Source: Ministeria vibrans ATCC 50519 (taxonomy: Eukaryota > Protista > Filasterea). From it: a stretch of DNA of 64,000 nt. A model generated the notes under the pieces. That model saw only the letters and a list, made by a program, of their open reading frames with translations. It searched no databases and had not been told where the DNA came from. The position numbers and the translations under genes are program-made. Location of the stretch: assembly GCA_943704425.1 (NCBI GenBank), contig CALSCP010000905.1, forward strand, positions 62,001-126,000, in the 5' to 3' direction. Positions 53,265 through 64,000 of this stretch are shown in pieces. Within the stretch, counting starts at the first letter, position 1. Every line of letters begins with the position of its first letter.

Positions 53265-55744
53265 TCAATTGGTGAAATCGTGATCCGTGTGAAGATCAAG
53301 CGAGTCGATGACGGTTCCATTAAACGAGTCGATGAGAGACCAGCGCATATCAGTGGAATTGAATATGTCAACGCGACCGTACGCGTACACCTGCAGAAGA
53401 GAGAGAACACGCGCGTATAAATGGAAGGATGCAACAAAAAAAAAACATTGTTTGTTTTTTGGTGTGGTACAGTTGGGAAGCGAACAAGGGACCAGTCCTC
53501 TTTGTAGTAATTGGGAGTGTCAAAAGCAATGCCAGCAGTGCCCACCGTGATGTGGACAGTCGCCTGGGGCTGGCCGGTTGCCTGTGATTCGCGACATGTG
53601 TTGTTGTACACAGGACAAGTGCGCTCATAGCTGAAGTCAAAGAGAATGCAATCGAGTGAGAGATAGTAAATATATATATATATGTAAAAAAAACGAGAGA
53701 TAGAGGGAAAGGAAGAGAAAATTATGTGTGTACGAGTGGTAATGGCCGGCGGTAAACACATCCACATTATACTGCTGCAGGAGATCGCCAATGATGCCCT
53801 GGAGTGCAACGGCAACATTGAAATCACTTTTGTCCTACAGAAAAAGAAAGAACGAGAGAGAAAAAAAAAAAAAAAGAAGAAGAAGACGTAACAAAATGCA
53901 AAATGGAGGAAAAACAGAAGGATGAATGAGTACGATTGTAGTTCAAAGGATAGGAGATACTGTCGTACTGCTTCCGAGCAATACACAGGTCGGTGTGCAC
54001 CCATAAAGAGCCAAGGAGTCACAGAGCGATCCACGGACTAACAGATACAGAAACAGTGTGTGTGTGTGTGTGGTATCAATATTTTTGTTTTTGTGCTTGT
54101 TTACCTTGAGATCATTTTCAAGCCAGGCTCGCTGAGCAGAGCCAACTTCAAGCGAATGCTCAATGGAAATAACAATGTAATGCACCGATTGTTTCTGACC
54201 GAGAGTTTTACAAAAAATGTGAGAGGAAAGAAAATAGCACTCTTAATTATTGGAAAACTGTGAAACGTACCTCAAAAGAATACCAAAACAGTGAGTTTCC
54301 AGTGTCAGGCACATGAAATCGATTGAACATCTTAAATCAGAGAGAGAGATACAAAGTGATAGAGAGAGAAAGAAAGAAACAAAGAGAGAGAGAAAAATAT
54401 GAGAAAAAACGGAAATATGTTATAATCATACCGGAACAGCACATTCGCCATCAGAGTCATCACCCATGTCACCCCAACCGGGATGGTAGCTATGAAGAGG
54501 AGCGGAAGATGAGTGGTGAGAGGGAGATGATTTTACACCAAGCTCCTCGGGTTGAGCTCGGGTTAGGGTTAGGGTTACGCTAAACGGGCCATATGAGCTG
54601 CTCTTACCCGTTGTCAGTGGGTGCTCCAGAGGGATCCTTGCCCTTTCCGCCCTTCAAGTGATCATATTCGTGGTTTCCAATCGAAACCAAGTCTGCAATA
54701 AAGAAGGAGACGTTAAATTCCGTACTAGAGACTTGTTTTTGGTTCTGACAGGGAATTTTGGAAGCAATTGGATAAATTGTGTCAAAAAACACATCCCACT
54801 TCAGCGCAGTGTTTCGCGCATACGAAATGTCCCCCTCATGCACAATAAACTACAAAAAACACCCAATATTAGCAATATGACTTATTTGTATCTTCCTTAT
54901 TTGTACCTCTGGTGGATTTTGACCTGTTTTGAGTTCGCGCTTCTCAATCTGTGAGACGAGTGCCTGTGCGCCCGGTCCGTACGACTGTGTCTCGTGGATT
55001 GCACACGACGCACAGAATTCCTTGGCCGTTCCCATATCTATTCATAAAAAAAACACACACACACACCAAAGACATCAGATTGTTGCTTTTCCCTTTTTTT
55101 CTTCCTTTTCTTTGTACCAGCGTAAATGAGAAAAGAAAAAGGTTTTGACGGATCTTCGGTGGCCGTTTGAAAGGTCTCAGGGGCCGTCCAAAGGTCATCG
55201 GCTCCTGCGACATAAGTGTACACCTGAAAGACAATTAATGATATGTGGGAGATTCTATTTAAGTATGTACAATATACCTCTCCGGGTTTGAGACCAGTCA
55301 GTAGAACGTCGTGGATCCAGCCTGGAGGCACCCATGCCACGTCGTTGATTGGTGAAGCCTAAAATAACAATAAGACGAAATATTATTACTTGAGAGTGTG
55401 CCACTGAGTCGTACTTCACAGAGATCCTCTTGCGAATAGGTTTTCGACGTGCCCTGCGCCATCTGGTCCATCTCGCCATTCAGTCCAAAACGCACGGTTG
55501 GAGGACTCTCGGGGCGGCCCGAGACCCACATGACGCGCATTTCAGAGGGATTGGCAGTCAGGGCAATGTGCAGTTGTGTGGGTTCAAGATTTCCATGCAC
55601 AAACGTCACTGGCGGCGAAATGGCCAATGGAGACGACATGTGGGTTTTGGCAGTACTAGGGTAGTACCAGAATGTGCTAAACAAACCGAAAAACGAAAAG
55701 TATAGATTATTAAGAAAACTATAACAATAATAATAATAATAATA

Positions 55745-55812
<68 letters not shown>

Positions 55813-56250
55813 GGGTTCAAATATTTATGAAAATAATGTTGAATTTGAACTTGCACAAAAGAGGTCTTACTAATTGTCCAGGCGCATGTTGTACAGCTTC
55901 ACCTTCAAGCTCCCGGACCCCTTTTCGACGGAAGAGCCCGGCTGATCATACGCGGAATTCTGTGGTGTTGAAAAAAAAGACAAACGTAAAAACATAACAA
56001 ACGACAAAAAATGGCTTGCTGGAGGCGCAGAAGGGCGGGACGGGGCCAGAGGATGTACCTTGTAGGCCACATAGGTGCTCCCACCCGTCCAGATGCCAAT
56101 CCAGTCGGCGGCATTGGCGCTGGACACGCCGGACCAGGAGAAGGTCACTTCGTCGCCACTGTGCGCCACCTGCGACGGAGTCACCGTCAGCACAGGGTCC
56201 CCAAGGGCGCCCGCACACCACAGAGTTGCAAGCAGAGCAAGAGTACGCAT
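53265..56250 (-). CDS. Secreted purple acid phosphatase (PAP/NPP type with N-terminal Fn3-like domains)
   Basis: Signal MRTLALLATLWCAGALG; DWIGIW; PTQLHIALT...MRVMW; all five metal motifs are present: YA|DMG, GDISYA, GNHEYD, GAHRP, AGHYH|SYERTCP. Confidence 0.93.
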
Positions 56251-56527
56251 TGGAAAAGAGATGATTAAAAATGATTTATTATATTTATTATCAAAAGTCA
56301 ATAATAATTGAACAGAGCCATAATAATAAAAATCATGAAGATGGTGAGGATCACAACAGCACATCACGATACAGAGCCTCAATCCGAAGATTCAGAGCAC
56401 TGAGAGCAGTCAACAGTCACGGTACGGACTGGCGGGACTGCTAGCGTCTTAGATTTTGATAATCAAGACCATTTCTTAAGTAATGGCCAATGCAATATTA
56501 GTATCATTTGTATGAACAAGTTTTCAC

Positions 56528-57768
56528 TCATCGCCGACGGTTGGGCTGATAGGGCGCCAGAAAGCGCTCGAGTAGGTCTTTGTGATGGATTTTCCCCTCA
56601 GACGACATAACCCAGAATAGCGAACGGCCATCTACTCGCAGCGGAATGTACCCATTGACATCTGACACAAAGAAGAGACAATTAGCGCGCGAGGTTCTGT
56701 CTAACTCTCTCTCACGTGTGTTTCTTTATGTCTCTCAATCTCTTTGACTCTGTCTCTCTCTACNNNNNNNNNNNNNNNNNNNNNNNNNNNNNNNNNNNNN
56801 NNNNNNNNNNNNNNNNNNNNNNNNNNNNNNNNNNNNNNNNNNNNNNNNNNNNNNNNNNTTCTGTTTCTTTCTCCCTCCCCTCAATCACTGTATTTCTCTC
56901 TCTATCACTTTGTTTCTTTCTCCTCTCTCACACTTTGTTTCTTTCTCCTCTCTCTCACGTTGTTTCTTTCTCCTCTCTCTCTCTCTCTCTCGCGTTTTCT
57001 TCTCACCTAAGGGTCTCATTCGACGGACAAAGTTGGCCGGCACAATAACTGACTTTTTGCCAAAGACAGAGAAGGATTCAATGTGGAAACAGGGAGGTCG
57101 GCGTGTCCCAAGGAAAGTCAGTCTCCGAATGTGCCTTTGGGGAATGAAATACACACCCGCACAGACTGCAGCAATCATGCCCACCGCCATCACGGTGTAC
57201 AAGTAACGATCGGGAACGGGTCCAGTGGCTATCCTGCAATAGAGACAGGAGATGAAGGTTGAGGAATGAACCCATTATCGTCATTCATTCGGTTGAGACG
57301 AGTGCTCAAGTCACGTACAATGCGGTGTCTTTCTTGGTCAGCGGATCCGTGAATGCAACGTAGCCATAGTAACTCCTACACCAACGAGAAGCAATCAGTC
57401 CACTTGGGGAAGCAAGAAAGAGCGAGAGACGAGAGAGAGCGAGCGTACCAGAAGATGAGCTGCGATGCGGCAAGGCCGAGCACGGCGCGTCCAAACCACG
57501 GACGCTCGTGCGAGTACAGCAGCACGTCGCCGACGTCAATGGATGTTTTCAGCTTGGTTACGGGGGCTCGCGTCTGAGGAGGGCGCCATTGAGGGGCAAC
57601 GGGCCGGGCTGTGGCGGTTTTGGTTCGGGTCAACGTTCGCACTACACTCGGGAGAACAGTGCGACACCGAAAAAATCGCAGGAGCCTAAATTTGTAGAGT
57701 GGGACAAAGGCGCATAACAAAAGAATTCAATTGTACGTCAGAGAAGCGACATCGACGTACACACTCAT
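56528..57768 (-). CDS. TMEM223: TMEM223-like mitochondrial inner membrane protein
   Basis: MSV|LLRFFR transit peptide; DVLLYSHERPWFGRAVLGLAASQLIFW; second TM followed by RHIRRLTFL; last exon YIPLRVDGRSLFWVMSSEGKI. Confidence 0.8.
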
Positions 57769-57839
57769 AATGTTTGTTCGGTGAATAAAAACTGATATTT
57801 TTATAATTATTTAACTCTCTTCACTCTCACTTGCCTGCA

Positions 57840-58996
57840 ATGTCGCACCCCCCGGCGATATATGTGAAGAACAGCGACGACGACGAGGATGATGATGACG
57901 AGGCGCCTCTGTTGGCGCTTGATGTGACTCCTCAATCGCCTCAGACGACGAGTCGTGCTCGAAACGCAATTGCGACTCGCTCTCCCCGACACATTGCGAC
58001 GGACAGTACAAAAGCACACGGCGCAGCCCGACGACAACCGGTGTTACGGTCACCCATAGCCCCGACGCGCGACGACGCCGGCGACGACGACGACGACGAC
58101 TCGGATTTAATGCTGTCGACTCTCGACAAGGCGCGCTCGCGGACCCCACGCTCCGTCAAGACGGTCGATGACATCGAGGAAGTCTCGGAAGAAGACGAAG
58201 AAGAGGATGGGGAGGAGGAGGAGGGAGCGGATGAAGAGGACAATGACTTCTCGTTGTTAGGGACGCGCGCAACTGTAGCAGCCCCCTTTTCGGTAGATGC
58301 TAAAGTTCATGGCTTCAGCGACGACTACGAGGAGGAGTCTGAAGAAGGCGACTACGAGCGGGAGCAGTGCCAACTAAAGAGCAGTGATACGACGAAGAAG
58401 ACAAAGAAGAGGCGTCGACCGAGTAGCGACGACTCTGACGACGAAAAGATGCTGGACGGTGACCTGGACGGGTTTGTGGTAAACACACAGGACATGCCTG
58501 TTTCGACGACAACAACGACGATGGCAACACCAACGTCGACTATGAAATTGCGAACGCCTGCACCGTTGCCGCCGCAAATGATTCTCCGTGTGCCAAACGC
58601 GTTTGCTGCGACTCGCGCGGACGACGGCTGCTGCTACCTCTATCGTATTAACAACGAAGAACAGCTGGAATGGTATCAGGCGATTGCATCGCGTTCTACT
58701 TTGCCCTTTGAGTACTACTGTGCTACCGGCGAGTTCTACACAGAGGACACGGCGGCCCTAACCACGCCTATCATTGCGACGCATGTGATGCCGCGTCAAG
58801 GTATGGACGTGGTGGTCCTGCCAATTCCACTGCGCGACCAAATTCAACCGCAAGTGAACCTGCCCAAGGAGTACTTTTTTTACGAAGTGGGTGATGGCAG
58901 CGACGCGGAAAATAGCGAGGAGAACCTTGAGGAGGCAGAAGAGGAAGAAGAGGAAGGAGAAGAAGAAGAAGATGGGAGGAAGGGCAAGATCAATGC

Positions 58997-59039
<43 letters not shown>

Positions 59040-60535
59040 GACGACGATGATGATGAGCCGCTGAGTCAAATGGTGGGTGCTCGGCAGCGTGGTACGAGGA
59101 AACGGCGGACGAGACGAGTCGAGGCGAGTAGTAGTAGTAGTAGTAGTAGTGATGACGAGGAAGAAAAGGAAGCTGAAGTGGTTGTGAAGGCGAGGGCAAA
59201 ACGGTTGCGAGGCATCGAGCAGAGTGACGAAGATGAAGAAGAAGAAGGGGAGGAGAAGTGTACCGCTGCAGCAAGGCGGGTTGGAAAGAGGAATGTAGCG
59301 GCTGTAGCCAAAGGGCGCAAGCAGACGAAGAAGAAAAGGCGACGTGTGGAACAGGAGGAGGATGAAGATGACGACGATGATCTTGCGTCGTTTGTAGTGG
59401 ACGACGACGACGATGATGATGACGATGGTGTGCTGGAGAACGAGAGTGAGTACCCTGTTCCACAGTGGCGAGAACAAATGGGAATGCACGGTGGAAACCC
59501 CGAGCGAGAAGTCGCTGCAATGCGGTCTCACTTGTGCAGAGGCATAGAAGAGGTACGTAGCTGTTCTGTGTCGTGTTTTTTTGGATTTTTTTTTTCAATG
59601 TTAAATGATTGGTTTCTGACACGGTGATTACGTATATTCATCCCGTACAGGATTTTCTTGTGTTTCTGGAGTACACGATGAATGAGACTGTCGCGCCCGA
59701 CTTTGCACGATCAGTGCCATTCGCAAGCAAACCCTATTTTATACCGAGCGTGAAACGTGTTCTGGCCCGACTGGAGATGCAGAAGCAGCAGCTGGCGAGT
59801 TCACTGGTGTGGCGACCGGAGTTTATCAAAGCATTGGGAAGCTATGGAGTGTTGGTGAAGGAACGAGCGGGACGCAAGGAAATCGGAAAGGCTGAGTGTG
59901 GTGCGTGTGCGCGACCGAAGAAGAATGAGCGTGCGAGCTGGTGTTTGCATTTGATGCGGAAGAATGGGCGGGAGGAAAAGAAGAAGCAGACGAAAAAGAA
60001 GAAGGAGGAGAAGAAGCCAGCGGTGGACCAGAGAGTCACTCGTGGAGCACATTTGAAGCAGCAGAATACGACGAAGAGAATGGTAAAGGATTCGTTTGCG
60101 TTTGAGGGTACGGATGACGATGAGGCGCGTGAGACGGATTCCGTGGTGGTGATCCTTGATGAGAGAGAAGGAGAAGAGAAGGAGAAGGAGGAGGAGGAGG
60201 GTGATGATAATAATAATGATGATGATGATGATGATGATGATGATAATAATAATAATAATAATGACAAGGAGGAGGAACGAGGCAGTGCACAAGTCACGTT
60301 CAATGTGGGTGATTTGTGTGCCAAGCGCGCCGAGTGCTTTCATGGTTTGCATCATTTTTCACAAACTCTGCGTGCACACTGTTCTCGTCGCGTTGCTATC
60401 GAGTCAAAGACACTCGAACCGTGTGAACGTGTGGATCGCTGTCTGAATGACGAGCATTTTGTGAAGAGGGCCAAGAAGCTTTGGGGTGATGTGTTAGCAA
60501 ACGCCGAAAAGCTCTATGGCAAGAAGAGGCGCTAA
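57840..60535 (+). CDS. Acidic nuclear protein with C-terminal DUF4211 (CCDC82-like)
   Basis: Long D/E tracts and NLS-like basic clusters. After one intron: SSLVWRPEFIKAL...CGAC...FNVGDLCAKRAECFHGLHHF. Confidence 0.75.
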
Positions 60536-60702
60536 GTCCCGCACTCCCGCTTCCCAAATGAAACATGTATGTGTTTAGTAACTTGTATTTATAATGTGCG
60601 TCTATAACTTTCGGTCAGTCAGTCAGGTGTCGAAGGAATGAGACAAACAATCGTAACAAAAAAATAATATACTATACACATTCATAACAATTTCGGTACA
60701 GG

Positions 60703-61096
60703 TTACTTGGTACGTCGGACGAAAGCTCCAACGTCACGCATGAGCTCCGCTTTAATGTCTTGGGGTACTGATTCTGCGGGAAGAAGAGGATAAGGCGAGT
60801 GTGCTCTCAGTTTTGAGCGGTACCTCTCGACAAAACACCAATCTCCTTCATAAGCACGTCCACGCTACAGTTGGTGATGCCACGCTCAAGAATCAACTCA
60901 CGACAGCGATCTTTGAGCGAGTCGGCCCACTCGGACGACCGCAATCGAGCAGCAAGTCGTTCTTTGATTCTACACAAACGAAAAAGTTGCTCAGGAGGGT
61001 GTTTTCGATTTCAAGCTGATGCGCGCACCGTTCTCTTTCTCCACTGTCAACCAGCTCGCGGCTAATCTTTGCGCGCAGAAGATCCTCGTCCGCCAT
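60703..61096 (-). CDS. ENY2: ENY2/Sus1 (SAGA/TREX-2 subunit)
   Basis: Three exons: MADEDLLRAKISRELVDSGERER|IKERLAARLRSSEWADSLKDRCRELILERG...SR|ESVPQDIKAELMRDVGAFV. Confidence 0.9.
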
Positions 61097-61253
61097 AAGG
61101 GAATGAATTAATTTGAAAAAGTCAAAGGACAAAGGACAAAGACTCAAAGCGTCAAGAGCGATCATTAATGAGCTATGATTTGAGTTTAGAGTTTTGACTT
61201 TTCACAATTCACATTTCACATTTCATATATTTTGACTCACTCTATAGCTTATC

Positions 61254-63358
61254 ATGGGTGGATTTGTGGCAGTTGGACCGGAAGAATGTCTGGTGGTGTC
61301 AGGTAAGAACTTACGAGAAAGAGAGGAGGAAAAATATCGAAATGGGCGTTGAATCGCTTCTTCACGTCACCTCTCTTGCTCATCTGGGATTGCGTGTTAA
61401 TATGATGACGGGGAAGGGCTGTTTTGGGAGTCCACACGTTCTTGGTTACGGGAAAATCTCTTTTTGTTCGGGTTTTTGTCGCATTTCCTGTGTTTCCCGC
61501 TGTCCAACGCTCCCCCGGTGCCCTACCAACTATTGACAAGTACACAGAGAGGGTCGTGTGACTCTTCTGGCGTGCCAATGTCGTTTTAGGGGTTGGACTG
61601 AGAATTTTTGCTCTTTTTCTCGTAATTCTCTGGTTCATGGCCACGTCTCGTTTCACGATGTGCCGCTGTGCCTTAGAAGGACTCCCGTGCACGCTAGTGC
61701 AATGACTCGCGTGCAAGAGCGAGTTGTTTTTTTTTTGATGGTCAATCGATCGTTTTTTCTGCTGCGAAGAATTCGACTTTGTCGCCTGTGCTGGACGCGT
61801 CCTGCTTGTTGAACCGCGTCTACGGGTGGTGCGGAGCATATTTGCCCCCAACTCCGACAGACCAAGGGCATATGTGGTGTTTGTCAACGACAGTGCGTTT
61901 TTTTTCTTTTTTTTTCGTTTTGTCTTTCTCTTTTTCGCATTATTATTATTATATTTTTTTTTGGTTTGTGGAGCGGCACAGCAGCAGACTGCGTGGCTGC
62001 ACGTCGACTGGTGTATACTGTTTGAGATTGGAAATGCGGCACTGACTTGGTGTGGTTTGGCTTGGGTGGTGCAGGAATGGGCAACTCCCGCTCCAAGGTC
62101 ATTGTTGGCGGACGGGCCTTTGTCTGGCCCGTCATCCAGAAGGCCCAGACCATGTCGCTGAACGTCATGACACTGCCTATTCTCTCGCCGAAGGTATGGA
62201 TGAGCCGGTGCGTCCACAAGCAGTGTCTGTGCGAGCGCCTAACGGGTTGTGTGTTTGTTTGTTGTTTTGTTTGCATTGTCTAGGTGTACACTCGTGATGG
62301 TGTTTCCATTTCCGTATCGGGTGTGGCACAGGTCAAGATTGAGGCACAGGTTGAAGAGATGCTTCGTAACGCTCTGCAGCAGTTTCTTGGAAAGACGCCC
62401 TCTCAGGTAAGGAGAAGAGGAGGAGCGAAAGGGGCAGCTGTAAATCCAGTATGTGCGCTTTTGTATGTGTAGGTGCAAAAAGTGGCGCACGAGACACTCG
62501 AAGGGCACCAACGTGCGATCATGGGCACCATGACTGTGGAGGAGATTTTCCAGGACCGCAAGAAGTTTGCCGAGGCAGTGTTCCAGGTGGCATCTACGGA
62601 TCTGTCCAACATGGGCATTAGCATCATTTCATACACAATCAAGGATGTCAGTGACGACGAAGGTCCGTTTTTTATGTGTGTATGTGTACGTGTGTGTCTG
62701 TGATTATATATATATATATGTGTGTGTGGTTGTATATATCTCTTTCTTTGTATAATATATATATAATTATATATATATTTATATTTATGTGTGTGTGTGT
62801 GTGTGTGCTGACTCTTCGTCTCTCTGTTCCGTCTGTTCAGGCTATCTGCTTGCGCTGGGCATGAAGCGCACAGCAGAGGTCAAGCGCGACGCAGCCGTTG
62901 CAGAGGCCAACTCCAAGAGGGACGCTGGTATCAAGCAGGCGGAGGCGGAGCTGCGCGAGAAGACGGCCAAATTTGAAAACGACACAAAGGTACTAACGTA
63001 TTCATGTATTGAATGGGGTCGTGCGTGTGGGGTTATTTTTGCACGTGTGGTGAGTGTGTAGAACATGTGTAGTGAATTAGTGTGCGTGTGGTGAGTATGG
63101 TTGGCATGCATGTGTGGTGAATGTGTATGTGTGTCTTTGACTCATTCTTACGTGTTTGTGTGCGCGTGTAATGTTGATAGATTGCTGAGGCTGAGCGTGA
63201 CTTTGAGCTGAAGAAGGCCAAGTACGATGAGCAGGTGCAGGAGAAAAAGGCAGATGCGCAGTTGGCGTACCAACTGCAGTCGGCGAAGCAGCAGCAGCTT
63301 ATTGTGGCCGAAGAGATTGAACAAGTTGTGGTGACCCGCAAGAAGGAGATTGAGGTAT

Positions 63359-63413
<55 letters not shown>

Positions 63414-63918
63414 TTGCTTTTTTTGTCTTGATTTGCTTGGCTGTTGCTGTCATTGTCTCTCCTCTCTGTCACACGCTTTCCCCCTTCCTCTCCGTGTCGT
63501 ACTCTCTGTCATCAAATCTTATTGGTTGTTGTCTTTTGTTAGGTGATGAACCAAGAGATTGCGCGTCGCGAACGTGAACTGGAGGCAACGGTGAAGAAGC
63601 CTGCAATGGCTGAGCGATACCGCATTGAAACGACCGCACAGGGTGAAAAGACAAAGGTAAACGCGCAATTTAAGCACGGGTCACTACAGCATCATACTGA
63701 CACACGTACACTCACACACATTGGTTAGGTGATTCTTGAGGCTGAAGCCAAGAGCGAGGCAGTGCGTTCGCGTGCCGATGCCGAGGCCTTTACCATCCGC
63801 GAGAAGGCGGCAGCCGACGCCGAACAAATGCAAAAGAAGGCTGAGGCCTTTGGTGAATACCAGGATGCAGCCATGATCGACATGATCCTCCAGACGCTCC
63901 CCAAGATTGTCGCAGAGG
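61254..63918 (+). CDS. FLOT: Flotillin (SPFH); continues past the window end
   Basis: [90 protein letters not shown]...LPKIVAE. Confidence 0.97.
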
Positions 63919-64000
63919 TAACCTCACACCATGTTATTCCTAATAATAATAATTATTATTATTGTTTTATTTTTAAATTAATATCATTTTAATATGCATA

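Noticed and set aside
61303-62074. snoRNA in the long first intron of flotillin (ATGATGA near 61402)
   Set aside because: No suitably spaced D box with a terminal stem and no recognisable guide. An Rfam/snoscan search would be needed.

Overview
This is compact, intron-rich eukaryotic DNA with short GT-AG introns full of (CA)n, (GA)n and (TAA)n microsatellites and several N gaps. The gene content (cadherin, SRCR, flotillin, SVIP, TMEM192, ciliary ULK4 and CSPP1) suggests a flagellated unicellular holozoan such as a choanoflagellate; this is inference. About 19 genes were reconstructed by manual splicing: a multi-SRCR protein head-to-head with a giant Cys-rich/HYR/cadherin transmembrane protein, ULK4, an ER-luminal TPR-JmjC oxygenase, AMT (glycine cleavage T), PABP, TMEM192, a GT61 glycosyltransferase, a tandem zinc-finger ORF and a dual-specificity phosphatase (possibly one gene across a gap), CSPP1, beta-COP, SVIP, a BAR-like protein, a purple acid phosphatase, TMEM223, a DUF4211/CCDC82-like protein, ENY2 and flotillin. 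The most striking item is a predicted 15-exon gene (48213-53213) that the ORF track fragments completely. It joins three winged-helix/LOTUS-like domains, an Egalitarian/EXD1-type pseudo-exonuclease and a ycf45/SpoIIIAA-type P-loop domain with an intact Walker A but a degenerate Walker B. All family calls come from motif recognition, not database searches.
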